Positions 7,738-17,669 are shown, numbered from the stretch's first letter. The stretch: DNA of 64,000 nucleotides from Leptolyngbyaceae cyanobacterium (GCA_965263355.1 CBDHHL010000056.1:640001-704000), one strand, 5' to 3'. Numbers and translations are program-made. The notes: a model not told the origin generated them from the sequence alone.

Positions 7738-10611
7738 TTAATCAGATGCACTAGACACCGTATCGGTGCTAGAGACTGAATCTGTGGTGCTAGGCATTGA
7801 GATTGCCTTAGTTGAAACCATCGCCTGCAATTCATCTAAAAGCTCTTGACGATTTAGATCGGCCTTTTGATACACCCGTGCTACACCTTCTAGCTGTTGC
7901 TGATCGCTGACTGTTAATGCCTTCGCTGTCACCACAATGACCGGTATATCCTGCCAATCAGAGTTTTGCCTCAGCACTTGAATAAACTCAAACCCATCCA
8001 TTTCAGGCATCATTAAATCCAGTACAATTAGGTTAGGCCGCTTATTATTCAGGTATTGCAATGCTTCCCGTCCATTGGATGCCAGTTCAACAGTCCAGTC
8101 TTGTCGCTGCAAGAAGCGTCCCATTATCTCTCTTGCATTCACATCATCTTCTACCACTAGAATGGTAGGAGAAACTTGGTTTGCAAGGTGAGTCTCTAAA
8201 ACACTTATCAAACGCTTACGATCAATTGGCTTCGTTAGATAGTCAGCCGCCCCTAAGCTATGTCCCGTAGGACGATCATCTACAATGGACAAGAGGATAA
8301 CTGGAATTTCAGCAACAACTGGCATTTCTTTGAGTTGCCTTAGTACTGACCAGCCATCCATTTGTGGCATCATCACATCCAGCGTAATAGCATCGGGCAA
8401 GATTTCACCTGCTAGGGCCAACCCCTGCTCACCACTAGCGGCACAAACCACCTCATAGCCAGCCTCATCGAGGGAGCGACGTAAAATTTCGCGAGCATCA
8501 TCGTCATCGTCAATCACCAAAACTGTCTGTCTTGACGACTTATGGATTGGAATACTCTTCGGTTCAGTGGGCTCACTGTCGGTAGCGGATAAGGGAGGGG
8601 CAAAAAAGGCTTTACCTCTTGGATTAGTCGCCCGTACTACTTGTGGAATCACTAGCGAAAATGTAGTGCCTTGTCCATGGGTACTTTCTACGGAGATATC
8701 ACCACCCATCATGTTGATAAACTGTTTAGTAATCGCTAGTCCCAAACCTGTGCCACCATATTTACGGGTAGTAGACGCATCGGCTTGGGTAAATGCATCA
8801 AAAATCTTCTCTATTTGATCATCTTTCATGCCAATGCCCGTATCGCTGACGATAAAACGGAACCAATCTCCGTCGTGTACGGAACTATCAATAGTAGGAA
8901 TTTGTTCAACTGTTAAGGTGATATTTCCATCTTCGGTAAATTTGCAAGCATTACTCAGCAGATTAAACAAGCTTTGCCGTAGCTTTGTTTGATCGGCGTG
9001 GAGTTTGCCAATATCATCAGGACAGAAAATGGACAGATGATTGTTATTTTTATGGGCAACAGGAACAATTGTGCCAGAGATTTCCTCTACCATTTCTCTA
9101 ATGGAGAAGTCCTCCAAAAACAGCTCCATGCGTCCCGCCTCAATCTTAGACAGATCGAGTACTGAATTAATTAATCCCAGCAAATGTTTACCTGCGCCTT
9201 GAATTTTTTGAAGGTCAGGGATAAAGTCATCTTCTCCGACATCAGTTGCTTCTTCTTCCAACATTTCGCTGTAACCAATAATTGCATTCAGCGGTGTGCG
9301 CAACTCATGACTCATGTTGGCTAAAAATTCACTTTTAGATCGATTTGCATCTTCTGCCTTGACCCTTGCTTCTTCAGCCTCTTCCATGGCTTTCATAAGT
9401 TTGGTCGTCCGATCTTGCACACGACTATCCAAATCGCGATTTAATTCCATTAACTGTTCTTCAGCCTGTTTACGTTCAGTGATATCCTGCAAAAATAAAG
9501 ATAATCCATCACGGCCAGGATATCCTCTTACCTGCAACCATCGCTGTGTGGGGGCATAGTAGGTTTCGAAACTGACGACCGTTTGCTCAGCCATAGCTCG
9601 ACGATATTGTTGCTCATAGCGAGCCCCTAAGGATTCAGGGAAAATTTTCCAGAAGTCTTGATCCAAGAGGCCCTGAATGCTACGTTTAAGTACTTCTGCC
9701 GCCTGTGCATTGACATAGGTCACCTTCCAACCTCGATCAACAGCAACAAAAGCATCGGTAATATTTTCCAGAACGCTGGTGGTACGTTGACTAGACTGAC
9801 GTAACCGGGCGATCAAACTATAGGCAATTATAATAATGATTACTAAAACAACCAATGAGGCTGCATATCTATATATGACAACCTTTGTAAACGCTTCTCG
9901 GCTCGACTGATCAAAGGTAGCTTCTAGCTCACGAATATTAGTCGTTAGGGGTAAATTGACGACTTGATCCAACAGTGCATCAGCGGACGGCTTATTGTCT
10001 AGGACTGTTTGAGTCAGCTGGACTACCTGGTCTACATCTTCTGAACTAGAAAACTCACCCGAATTGAGTTTAGACTTAACCGTATTTAATTCCTGTTCGA
10101 TTGTAGTCACCAATTGTTCATCGGTGGCCATGATGTAAATCAAAACATCGTCGATTAATCGTTCAAGGTCTGCATCACTAGTATTCTTGAGCTTATTGAC
10201 TAATCCAGGTAATTGGATTAAAGCTTTTTGTAGCTCTGCATTATTCGCCTGAAATTGTTTAACCAGTTTAGTTTTTTCTTCTAAAAGCTGAGCGTCTCGA
10301 TTGATCAGACTTTGCAACTTTGTCCGATCATCTTCTACTACAAAACTGGGTATTTTTTCTGCTAAATCTTGCTGAATAGCAAGCTCCTCAGCCAGGGCTT
10401 CTTCCAGTGGCTCATCATTTCTTAGGAGTGTGTAGCGTTCTTTCAGTAGTGCTAGCTCAACCTCTGTATCACTTTGTACTTGGTTGGCGATTAAATCTGC
10501 ATATTCTTGATATCGGTTAACATCAACAGACTTTCCTTTAATCCCTAAAAATAAGAGGAGGATAAAAGCTGCGGCTACACCTGCTCCTTTAGATAAAGAG
10601 TCTTGATTCAC
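7738..10611 (-). CDS. Hybrid sensor histidine kinase (TM - helical periplasmic sensor - TM - PAS - HisKA - HATPase - REC - REC)
   Basis: [19 protein letters not shown]-box, [22 protein letters not shown], two REC domains. GTG start with AGGAGG RBS. The sensor looks all-helical (possibly DAHL). Confidence 0.92.
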   Translation of the reverse strand: MNQDSLSKGAGVAAAFILLLFLGIKGKSVDVNRYQEYADLIANQVQSDTEVELALLKERYTLLRNDEPLEEALAEELAIQQDLAEKIPSFVVEDDRTKLQSLINRDAQLLEEKTKLVKQFQANNAELQKALIQLPGLVNKLKNTSDADLERLIDDVLIYIMATDEQLVTTIEQELNTVKSKLNSGEFSSSEDVDQVVQLTQTVLDNKPSADALLDQVVNLPLTTNIRELEATFDQSSREAFTKVVIYRYAASLVVLVIIIIIAYSLIARLRQSSQRTTSVLENITDAFVAVDRGWKVTYVNAQAAEVLKRSIQGLLDQDFWKIFPESLGARYEQQYRRAMAEQTVVSFETYYAPTQRWLQVRGYPGRDGLSLFLQDITERKQAEEQLMELNRDLDSRVQDRTTKLMKAMEEAEEARVKAEDANRSKSEFLANMSHELRTPLNAIIGYSEMLEEEATDVGEDDFIPDLQKIQGAGKHLLGLINSVLDLSKIEAGRMELFLEDFSIREMVEEISGTIVPVAHKNNNHLSIFCPDDIGKLHADQTKLRQSLFNLLSNACKFTEDGNITLTVEQIPTIDSSVHDGDWFRFIVSDTGIGMKDDQIEKIFDAFTQADASTTRKYGGTGLGLAITKQFINMMGGDISVESTHGQGTTFSLVIPQVVRATNPRGKAFFAPPLSATDSEPTEPKSIPIHKSSRQTVLVIDDDDDAREILRRSLDEAGYEVVCAASGEQGLALAGEILPDAITLDVMMPQMDGWSVLRQLKEMPVVAEIPVILLSIVDDRPTGHSLGAADYLTKPIDRKRLISVLETHLANQVSPTILVVEDDVNAREIMGRFLQRQDWTVELASNGREALQYLNNKRPNLIVLDLMMPEMDGFEFIQVLRQNSDWQDIPVIVVTAKALTVSDQQQLEGVARVYQKADLNRQELLDELQAMVSTKAISMPSTTDSVSSTDTVSSASD

Positions 10612-11175
10612 TAGAATAACCTCCTAAAAATTTTATCTATATAAGGAGAATGGTCGTCGGCTTGCATGACAACTGGTGGAAACACGTAGATATAAATGGA
10701 AAGTTTAACTATTTCTAAAACTCTACTGATGATCAGTAATGGTTGATTTTTAACTATAAAAAAAATATGAGTGCCATTATCAGGCAATTATCAAAGGCTG
10801 AACTGAAATAAAAATAACTTGGTAGTGCGAGCTCAATAATACTGCCAATCTATTTGGCTTTTAAGAAATAAAGGATTAATTTACTAGGTATTTACTTTAC
10901 AGAATATCAAGGTATTACTAATGAGATAATGCCACTCCCTTGACTGTCTGGTGAAATCAGGTAAGAGTAGCGACTTAAGTTTGTCAGCACCCAATTGCAA
11001 AAATAGCAAAACTTCTTTATAGAGATGCTTAGTAATAGCAATAGGTTCCGGAAAATGTATGTCTAAAGTCAAGAACATTATATCTATTTTTACCAACTAT
11101 GGTGTGAACATCACGCACGACAATTCATTATTTTGCCAGCCCTGGCTGTTAGCGTTGAAGGCTAGAAAGTACTGT

Positions 11176-13989
11176 TCATCCAGCTACTGGGGTTCTATTA
11201 GCCTCGGTAAAGGCAAGGGTGCGAACTTCATCCAGCAGCTCCTGACGATCAAAATCTGCTTTTTGATACACTCGCACAACACCCTTTAAACGCTGCTGAT
11301 CTTTGGCAGTAAGTGTTTTGGCGGTCACTATAATAATCGGAATATTTCTCCAGTCTGGCGTTTGACGTAAAATTTCGACAAATTCAAAGCCGTCCATTCC
11401 AGGCATCATCAGATCTAGAACAATCAACTGGGGAATAGAGTTTTTAATATAGTCCAGAGCTTGCTGACCATTGGCTGCCAGCACAACAGTCCAGTCATGT
11501 TGCTGTAAGAGCCGTCCCATGATTTCTCTAGCATTGACATCATCCTCAACCACCAGAATTTTAGGTTTGGTTGACACATGAAGTCGGGACTCTAAGGTAT
11601 CGAGTAGGCGAATGTGATCAATGGGTTTAAGCAGGTAGTCAGTAACCCATAACTGATGTGCAAGGCTAGGCTCTTCAGTCATCGATAGTAAAATAATAGG
11701 TATTTGGGAGACTGCTGGCATAGCCTTAAGTTCTTGCAGAACTGTCCCTCCATTTTGGTTAGATAACGCCATATCCAAAATGATTGCGTCGGGCAGTAGC
11801 TCATCAGCTAGCACCAATCCTTGCTGCCCATCAACAGCACATGCAACGTTGTAACCGGCATCTGACAAACAGTTGTGCAGGTTTTCACAAGCCTCTGTGT
11901 CATTGTCAATGACCAATATTGTTTGTTCTAACTTTCGACCCGGAATTTCATGAATTGTCGAAATAGGTTCTCTTTCAAGCAAGCGGACAGGAGGGGCAAA
12001 GAATGTTTGATTAGATGATCTGTCCACTTGGACTGTACGAGGCAGGGTAAGGGTAAACGTTGTTCCTTGACCGTAGGTACTGTCTACGGTTACGTCTCCT
12101 CCCATCATAGAAATAAATTGTTTGGTGATTGTTAGGCCTAAACCAGTGCCACCATACTTGCGGGTAGTTGAGGTATCTGCTTGGGTAAACGCCTGAAAAA
12201 CTTTCCCCATTTGATCAGGCGTCATACCAATACCGGTGTCCGTAACTGAAAATTTCACCCAGCTGTCTTTATGTACTTGATGATTGGACTGTTCAACCGT
12301 CAGTGTAATTTTTCCGTTTTCAGTAAACTTGCAGGCATTGCTGAGTAGATTGATCAAGCTTTGCCGGAGTTTAACTTGGTCTGCGTACAGGATGCCAATA
12401 TCGCCAGGACAAGCCAACGATAGTTGATTGCCATTTTTCTGGGCTAAGGGGTGAATAGTGCCGATAATCTCATCAAGTATGGTTTGAATGCAAATATCTT
12501 CTAGGAAAAGTTCCATGCGACCTGCCTCGATTTTGGATAAATCAAGGACTGAGTTAATAAGTCCTAAAAGGTGCTTCCCTGCACCTTGAATTTTTTGTAA
12601 GTCAGGAACAAACTCCTCTTCACCAATACTAGTGATGTCTTCTTCCAGCATTTCGCTGTAGCCAATGATGGCATTTAGTGGCGTACGTAGTTCATGACTC
12701 ATATTGGCCAGAAACTCACTTTTAGACCGGTTAGCATCTTCTGCTTTGACCCGTGCAGTTTCTGCTTCTTCCATGGCACTGGCTAGTTGAGCGGTGCGGT
12801 CTTTTACCCGGCTATCTAGATCGCGATTGAGTTCAATTAGCTGTTCTTCAGCTTGTTTGCGCTCCGTAAAGTCCTGTAAAAAGATTGATAAGCCATCGGT
12901 TCCAGGGTAGCCGCGTACCATTAACCAGCGTGCAGTCGGTTCGTAATAGGTTTCAAAGCTAACGACTTGTAGATTTGTGGCAACAGCTTGACGATAGTAT
13001 TCGGTAAAGCGTTTGCCAAGAGATGCGGGTAAAACCTGCCAAAAATCCTGTCCCAATAGCCTTGGAAGCTCGTATTTGAGAATATCAGCAGCCTGAGCGT
13101 TGACATAGGTAATTGACCATTTGCGATCAACTGCAATAAAGGCGTCAGTGATACTTTCCAGTACTCTAACGGTTTTCTGCCTGGATTGCTGTAGGCGATT
13201 GATCACCCAAAAGGCAACTGTGCACAGACTGACAAGGGTCAATATATAGATAAGGTTTCGATATAGAGCAGTTCTTGTACGTGTAGCTTGCTGGATGTCG
13301 TCAAACTGCTGTTCTAAGGCTCGAATATTATTAGTCAGTGGTAAATCAAATACTTGGGTAACCAGCTTATCCGCAATGGGTTTGTTATCTAAAACCAGTT
13401 GTGTTAGCTGAGTTATTTGACGTTGTGTTGATGAACTGGCCTCAAGTTTTTGGTTAAGACGATTGAGCTTTGTTTTTATACTGACCACCAGCTTGTCATC
13501 ACCGGTTACGGCATAAAGGGACAAGTCGTCTACCAAGGCTTCAACCTCAAGCTGAAGATTGCCACTTAGTCCATTGAGTAGATTAGCTTCTTGGGCTAAT
13601 GCCGCTCTCAATTCAGCATGGTGAATTTCAAGTTGTTCAATGAGTTGTCGCTTTTCAGCTAGAAGTTCAGCATTAAAGGCCAGTTGTTTTTGTAAACGGC
13701 TTTTATTTTTTTCCGATACTGAAATGGGAATTTGCTCGGTGAGTTTCACTTGCACTTTTTCGGCGTCAAGTAAAGCTACGTTCAAGGATTGACCGTTTTG
13801 TGAGATGGTGTAGCGGATATTTTGTAGCGCTAGTTGAGTTGCTGCTTCGTCAACAAGCTGATCGGAAATCAATGCACTGTAGCTACGATACTGATCAAAA
13901 TCAACAGCAATGTTTTTAAGACCTAAAATTGATAGGACTGAGAGTGTAGCGACAGCAGGTATACCCTTTAAAAAGTGCTTTCGTCTCAC
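11176..13989 (-). CDS. Hybrid sensor histidine kinase, tandem paralog of 7738-10611
   Basis: Same architecture, with near-identical HisKA segment and shared VLDNKP-AD / LPLT-NIR motifs. GTG start with AGGAG RBS. Confidence 0.92.
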   Translation of the reverse strand: MRRKHFLKGIPAVATLSVLSILGLKNIAVDFDQYRSYSALISDQLVDEAATQLALQNIRYTISQNGQSLNVALLDAEKVQVKLTEQIPISVSEKNKSRLQKQLAFNAELLAEKRQLIEQLEIHHAELRAALAQEANLLNGLSGNLQLEVEALVDDLSLYAVTGDDKLVVSIKTKLNRLNQKLEASSSTQRQITQLTQLVLDNKPIADKLVTQVFDLPLTNNIRALEQQFDDIQQATRTRTALYRNLIYILTLVSLCTVAFWVINRLQQSRQKTVRVLESITDAFIAVDRKWSITYVNAQAADILKYELPRLLGQDFWQVLPASLGKRFTEYYRQAVATNLQVVSFETYYEPTARWLMVRGYPGTDGLSIFLQDFTERKQAEEQLIELNRDLDSRVKDRTAQLASAMEEAETARVKAEDANRSKSEFLANMSHELRTPLNAIIGYSEMLEEDITSIGEEEFVPDLQKIQGAGKHLLGLINSVLDLSKIEAGRMELFLEDICIQTILDEIIGTIHPLAQKNGNQLSLACPGDIGILYADQVKLRQSLINLLSNACKFTENGKITLTVEQSNHQVHKDSWVKFSVTDTGIGMTPDQMGKVFQAFTQADTSTTRKYGGTGLGLTITKQFISMMGGDVTVDSTYGQGTTFTLTLPRTVQVDRSSNQTFFAPPVRLLEREPISTIHEIPGRKLEQTILVIDNDTEACENLHNCLSDAGYNVACAVDGQQGLVLADELLPDAIILDMALSNQNGGTVLQELKAMPAVSQIPIILLSMTEEPSLAHQLWVTDYLLKPIDHIRLLDTLESRLHVSTKPKILVVEDDVNAREIMGRLLQQHDWTVVLAANGQQALDYIKNSIPQLIVLDLMMPGMDGFEFVEILRQTPDWRNIPIIIVTAKTLTAKDQQRLKGVVRVYQKADFDRQELLDEVRTLAFTEANRTPVAG

Positions 13990-14453
13990 CTCAGATTTCT
14001 CCTAAAAATTCAAATAAAATGTTCTGACTTATTTAATTGAGATCTGAATGCGCAATATCAACCATGATTAGGAACCTTCAGGGATATCGTCACCTGGCGA
14101 TTAAACCTGAGGCGGTAGGATGCTGGTTGTTGATTTTCCCAATGAATAATAGCTATGTTTTGCTAATTAATAGCGAGATTAGGGATTGAATAGTTTTTCT
14201 ACCAAAAACTTAGAAGTCAGAACACCCTTTAAAGAGAGCACATCCTTCTGGAACTTCAAATAGCTACCAAACTATTGTCTTTAGGGAGTTCAGCAACTTA
14301 GCCTAATTTTTGTCTGTAGTTATAGACAGCTTAACCCTGATGATGATACCTTGACACATTTTAGATCTTACAGACCTTAGGTCTGCAAATGTTGTTCCAG
14401 TGGATGTGCATTAATAACTGATGGAGCCTAATTTGAGAGAGCTGTGAAACTTG

Positions 14454-15317
14454 TTAGGCAACTGGGTCAAGGGAATGTTGTGCCCTAACGTTGCGACCAA
14501 TAGCCTGAGCAATGGGCGCTAAACTGTCTATGAGTTTGGCCATGGCCTCTAAGCTAATGGTTTGTCTGGCATCACTTACGGACTTATCTGGTTCTGGATG
14601 GCATTCAATGATTAATCCATCAGCTCCAGCTGCGATCGCAGCCCGAGCTAAGGCTGCAACCAGTTCTCGCTTACCGGTTGCATGGCTAGGATCAACCAGC
14701 ACGGGCAAGTGGATAATTTGCTTAAGGGCGACTACAGCACCGAGGTCTAACACATTGCGAGTATGAGTATCAAAGCTACGAATACCGCGTTCACACAGAA
14801 TAATATTGGGATTACCGTGGCTGGCAATATATTCTGCTGCCATAACAAACTCAGTTACCGTTGCCGCTAACCCTCGCTTGAGCAAAATGGGTTTATCCAC
14901 CTCACCCAAGGCCTTAAGTAAGTCAAAATTTTGCATATTGCGGCTGCCCACTTGTAGTACATCAGCATGGGGCATTAGCTTTTCGATCTGATGGATGGCC
15001 ATGACTTCAGTAACTACGGGTAAACCATAGCGCTGACGGATGGCGGCAAGAATATCCAAGCCAACGTCACCCAGCCCCTGAAATGCGTAGGGGGACGTAC
15101 GCGGTTTATAAATCCCCCCGCGTACGCCCTGTATAGCTAGGTTGGCGTTAGCAATGGCTTCCATTTGAGCCATGCTCTCGATAGAACAGGGGCCACCCAC
15201 GATAAACAGGTCTTGGCCACCGACGGTGATGGCAGGGGTGTGCTGGGTGGCGGGTGCGATCTCAATTTCACTGATGTGGTCAGTGTGCTGTTTAGCAATC
15301 AGTTTGGCGTCCTTCAT
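14454..15317 (-). CDS. aroF: 3-deoxy-7-phosphoheptulonate (DAHP) synthase, type I-beta, without N-terminal regulatory domain (287 aa)
   Basis: GGPCSIES, RGGIYKPRTSPYAFQGLG, LQVGSRNMQNF, LLKRG, LCERGIR, VDPSHATG motifs. True start taken as ATG 15317 (MKDAKL); the longer ORF in the track merely reads through the repeat array. Confidence 0.93.
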   Translation of the reverse strand: MKDAKLIAKQHTDHISEIEIAPATQHTPAITVGGQDLFIVGGPCSIESMAQMEAIANANLAIQGVRGGIYKPRTSPYAFQGLGDVGLDILAAIRQRYGLPVVTEVMAIHQIEKLMPHADVLQVGSRNMQNFDLLKALGEVDKPILLKRGLAATVTEFVMAAEYIASHGNPNIILCERGIRSFDTHTRNVLDLGAVVALKQIIHLPVLVDPSHATGKRELVAALARAAIAAGADGLIIECHPEPDKSVSDARQTISLEAMAKLIDSLAPIAQAIGRNVRAQHSLDPVA

Positions 15318-15339
15318 GGGTTTAGAAAGTAAGTAAAAA

Positions 15340-15660
15340 AAACAAAAAGCCCACAGCTTTTTGGGTAAACAAAAAGCCCACAGCTTTTTGGGTAAACAAA
15401 AAGCCCACAGCTTTTTGGGTAAACAAAAAGCCCACAGCTTTTTGGGTAAACAAAAAGCCCACAGCTTTTTGGGTAAACAAAAAGCAGCTTTTTGGGTAAA
15501 CAAAAAGCCCGCAGCTTTTTGGGTAAACAAAAAGCCCACAGCTTTTTGGGTAAACAAAAAGCCCACAGCTTTTTGGGTAAACAAAAAGCCCACAGCTTTT
15601 TGGGTAAACAAAAAGCCCGCAGCTTTTTGGGTAAACAAAAAGCCCGCAGCTTTTTTGGGC
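15340..15660. repeat. Tandem array of 12 x 27-bp units AAACAAAAAGCCC(A/G)CAGCTTTTTGGGT; unit 6 has a 4-nt deletion
   Basis: Units start at 15340, 15367, 15394, 15421, 15448, 15475 (23 bp), 15498, 15525, 15552, 15579, 15606, 15633. No spacers. Confidence 0.97.
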
Positions 15661-15702
15661 TCCGGGCAAGTCAGTACAGCAAAGCAAACGCTACCTACCC
15701 GG
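15633..15702 (-). promoter_or_regulatory. Attenuator 2: antiterminator stem plus terminator-like hairpin
   Basis: On the minus strand CCGGGTAGGT (end of leader 2) pairs with ACTTGCCCGG (10 bp, 2 G-U). It overlaps the start of GGAGCCC-N11-GGGCTTT followed by TTGTTT. Confidence 0.65.
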
Positions 15703-15753
15703 TGGTGGCGTAAAAAAGAAAAAAGTAAATTGCCAGCTGTAGCAGACGATCAT
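15691..15753 (-). CDS. Aromatic-rich leader peptide 2, MIVCYSWQFTFFFFTPPPGR (20 aa); not in the ORF track
   Basis: ATG ATC GTC TGC TAC AGC TGG CAA TTT ACT TTT TTC TTT TTT ACG CCA CCA CCG GGT AGG TAG. 7 of 20 codons are aromatic, including an FFFF run; upstream of aroF. Confidence 0.8.
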   Translation of the reverse strand: MIVCYSWQFTFFFFTPPPGR

Positions 15754-15811
15754 GGCGGTCAATGAAAACGGTCAAAAGAGGTAATCAAAACGAAACCGGG
15801 TACTCACTGAT

Positions 15812-15844
15812 AAAACAAAACCGCAGAGCTTACACCCTGCGGTT
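15812..15844 (-). terminator. Attenuator 1 intrinsic terminator
   Basis: Minus strand AACCGCAGGG-TGTAAG-CTCTGCGGTT followed by a T-rich tract. Confidence 0.8.
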
Positions 15845-15888
15845 CACCGGCTTCCCATGCTAGCGCTCGGGTTCATCGCCGGTGAACC
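15841..15888 (-). promoter_or_regulatory. Attenuator 1 antiterminator stem
   Basis: Perfect 11-bp GGTTCACCGGC / GCCGGTGAACC. The 5' arm lies in the last codons of leader 1; the 3' arm shares AACC with the terminator 5' arm. Confidence 0.75.
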
Positions 15889-15923
15889 TGACTAAACCAA
15901 AAGTAAAAAAATGAGTGCTGCAT
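15873..15923 (-). CDS. Aromatic-rich leader peptide 1, MQHSFFYFWFSQVHRR (16 aa); not in the ORF track
   Basis: ATG CAG CAC TCA TTT TTT TAC TTT TGG TTT AGT CAG GTT CAC CGG CGA TGA. Six consecutive aromatic codons FFYFWF. Confidence 0.85.
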   Translation of the reverse strand: MQHSFFYFWFSQVHRR

Positions 15924-15965
15924 GGGATGAAAATTTTTGCTAGCAATAGCTATCTCTACGTTCGT

Positions 15966-15994
15966 ACCTTAACGTGTCAAATTTAAACCGTCAA
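15966..15994 (-). promoter_or_regulatory. Putative sigma70 promoter of the leader1-leader2-aroF transcript
   Basis: Minus strand TTGACG-17 nt-TAAGGT, about 40 nt before leader 1. Confidence 0.6.
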
Positions 15995-16022
15995 CCTGTA
16001 GAAGCGTTGCGTACAATGCCCA

Positions 16023-16068
16023 AGATTTTTTGTAGAGGCGTTGCATGCAACGCCTCTACAAAAAATCT
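16023..16068. repeat. Perfect 46-bp palindrome with GTAG-type REP-like core; probable ridA terminator
   Basis: AGATTTTTTGTAGAGGCGTTGCA|TGCAACGCCTCTACAAAAAATCT overlapping the ridA stop. A degenerate copy lies at ~15997-16020. Confidence 0.8.
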
Positions 16069-16456
16069 ATTTCACTGCGATACATTCAATTTCGACCAGT
16101 ACATCCTTAGGTAGGCGGGCTACCTCAACACAGGCCCGAGCGGGAGCTGTAGCGTCATCAAAGTAGGTTGCATAGATACCATTCATAGTGGCAAAGTCGT
16201 TCATATCCTTTAAGAAAACAGATGTTTTAACCACATTAGCCATGGTGGCTCCCGCTGCTGCCAATACGGCACTTAGATTCTCTAAGCACTGTTTGGTTTG
16301 AGCGGCGACATCACCGTCACCTACCAGGGCTCCACTACTGGGATCCAGGGCTACCTGTCCGGAAGCAAATACCATCTCCCCTGAGGCAATGACGGCCTGA
16401 TTGTAAGGCCCAACGGGGGCAGGAGCCTGATCAGTTTGGACAATGCGACGAACCAT
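16067..16456 (-). CDS. ridA: RidA/YjgF/UK114 family enamine/imine deaminase
   Basis: APAPVGPYNQA, SGQV, VVKTSVFL, PARACVEVARLP, VEIECIA. Confidence 0.93.
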   Translation of the reverse strand: MVRRIVQTDQAPAPVGPYNQAVIASGEMVFASGQVALDPSSGALVGDGDVAAQTKQCLENLSAVLAAAGATMANVVKTSVFLKDMNDFATMNGIYATYFDDATAPARACVEVARLPKDVLVEIECIAVK

Positions 16457-16547
16457 AATGGACCATAGATACCAGCCTGAGTATTTTACCGGAAGGTTAA
16501 CGACCTAAAATACCAAAGACTTAACATGCCTACCACTGTGCTGAACC

Positions 16548-17039
16548 ATGGCTGACTTTAATCGTGTGACTGAGCTTTATCAAGCATTTCCTCAAAAGTT
16601 TCGTAGTATCATGCTGAGCACAGCCAGCGCTGATGGCATACCCCAAGCAAGCTATGCCCCCTTTTTAATTGATGCAGACAAAAAAATATATATATACATA
16701 AGTGGTCTATCAGCCCATACGGCTAATCTCAAGCAAACGGGACGAGTCAGTGTTCTCTTTATCGAAGATGAAGCTGAAACCAAGGAGATTTTTGCTCGCC
16801 GTCGTCTTACCTATGAGTGCACCGCAGCAATCCTGCCCCGTGATACAACCCAGTGGCAAACCTTAATTGATCGATTTGAACAACGCTTTGGCCAAGTGAT
16901 CGGCTTAATGAAGGGTCTGCCAGACTTCCAGATTTTTCAACTGCAGCCCCAGGCAGGACAATTTGTGATGGGATTTGGAGCAGCCTATCGGGTGGGTTCT
17001 CAGGATTTAAATAGTCTGGAGCCGAGACGTCGAAATTAA
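16548..17039 (+). CDS. HugZ/HutZ-like pyridoxamine 5'-phosphate oxidase family protein
   Basis: PQASYAPF, YISGLSAHTANL, FIEDE, FARRRLT, FVMGFGAAY. Confidence 0.85.
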   Translation: MADFNRVTELYQAFPQKFRSIMLSTASADGIPQASYAPFLIDADKKIYIYISGLSAHTANLKQTGRVSVLFIEDEAETKEIFARRRLTYECTAAILPRDTTQWQTLIDRFEQRFGQVIGLMKGLPDFQIFQLQPQAGQFVMGFGAAYRVGSQDLNSLEPRRRN

Positions 17040-17048
17040 GCCTTTGTT

Positions 17049-17669
17049 TTAGGCTTCTGAATTTGCCAACACGCCGTTTAGGAAAATATCGGCCAGGGTC
17101 TCGGCTAACTCCTTCATATCTTGGGGGGAGTTGGCTTCATCTGCTAGGGTTACTTGACTAAAGCCTGCAATGGTGAACATGCCTAGAAAAATGCGAGCAA
17201 CGACTCGAGGATTCATGGGACGATAAGTGCCTCGGTCCATAGCTGTTTGGAAAAATGCTTCAGCAACGTCAGTCATTTTGGCAATTACTTCAGCTTGTAC
17301 CCGCTCCCGTAGCTCTGGGTGAAACTGGGCTTCCATAAAACATACCCGCAGCATATCTGTATTGGCAGACAGATTTAGCATACGCTTGCGCATCATCTTG
17401 GCAATGGCTTTATAGTTAGCCATTTCACTCAGCTCAGTCAGTAGCTCAGTTAGTAGGTCTATCCAACCACGGGTGGCAACCTCGACCAAAATTGCCTTTT
17501 TATTTTCAAAATGCCGAAATAATGTACCTTCTGCCACACCAGCAGCTTGGGCTAAATCTCGGGTGGTTGTCCCCCCATAGCCATGTTGGGCAAATAATCG
17601 TTGAGCCGCTCCGAGAATTTTCTCTTGGGTATCATCTTGGGCCGACGTCAACGGTTTACCAAATTGCAT
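17049..17669 (-). CDS. TetR/AcrR family transcriptional regulator
   Basis: HTH GTTTRDLAQAAGVAEGTLFRHF. Confidence 0.92.
   Translation of the reverse strand: MQFGKPLTSAQDDTQEKILGAAQRLFAQHGYGGTTTRDLAQAAGVAEGTLFRHFENKKAILVEVATRGWIDLLTELLTELSEMANYKAIAKMMRKRMLNLSANTDMLRVCFMEAQFHPELRERVQAEVIAKMTDVAEAFFQTAMDRGTYRPMNPRVVARIFLGMFTIAGFSQVTLADEANSPQDMKELAETLADIFLNGVLANSEA

Noticed and set aside
10884..11289. Short ORFs between the two kinases
   Set aside because: AT-rich intergenic or antisense sequence with non-ATG or weak starts and no motifs.
15318..15638. 107-aa N-terminal extension of AroF, and ORFs 15361-15765 and 15492-15713
   Set aside because: These are products of a stop-free 27-bp repeat; DAHP synthase similarity begins at MKDAKL (15317).
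15340..15660. CRISPR array
   Set aside because: Units are directly contiguous with no unique spacers, and no cas genes are in the window.
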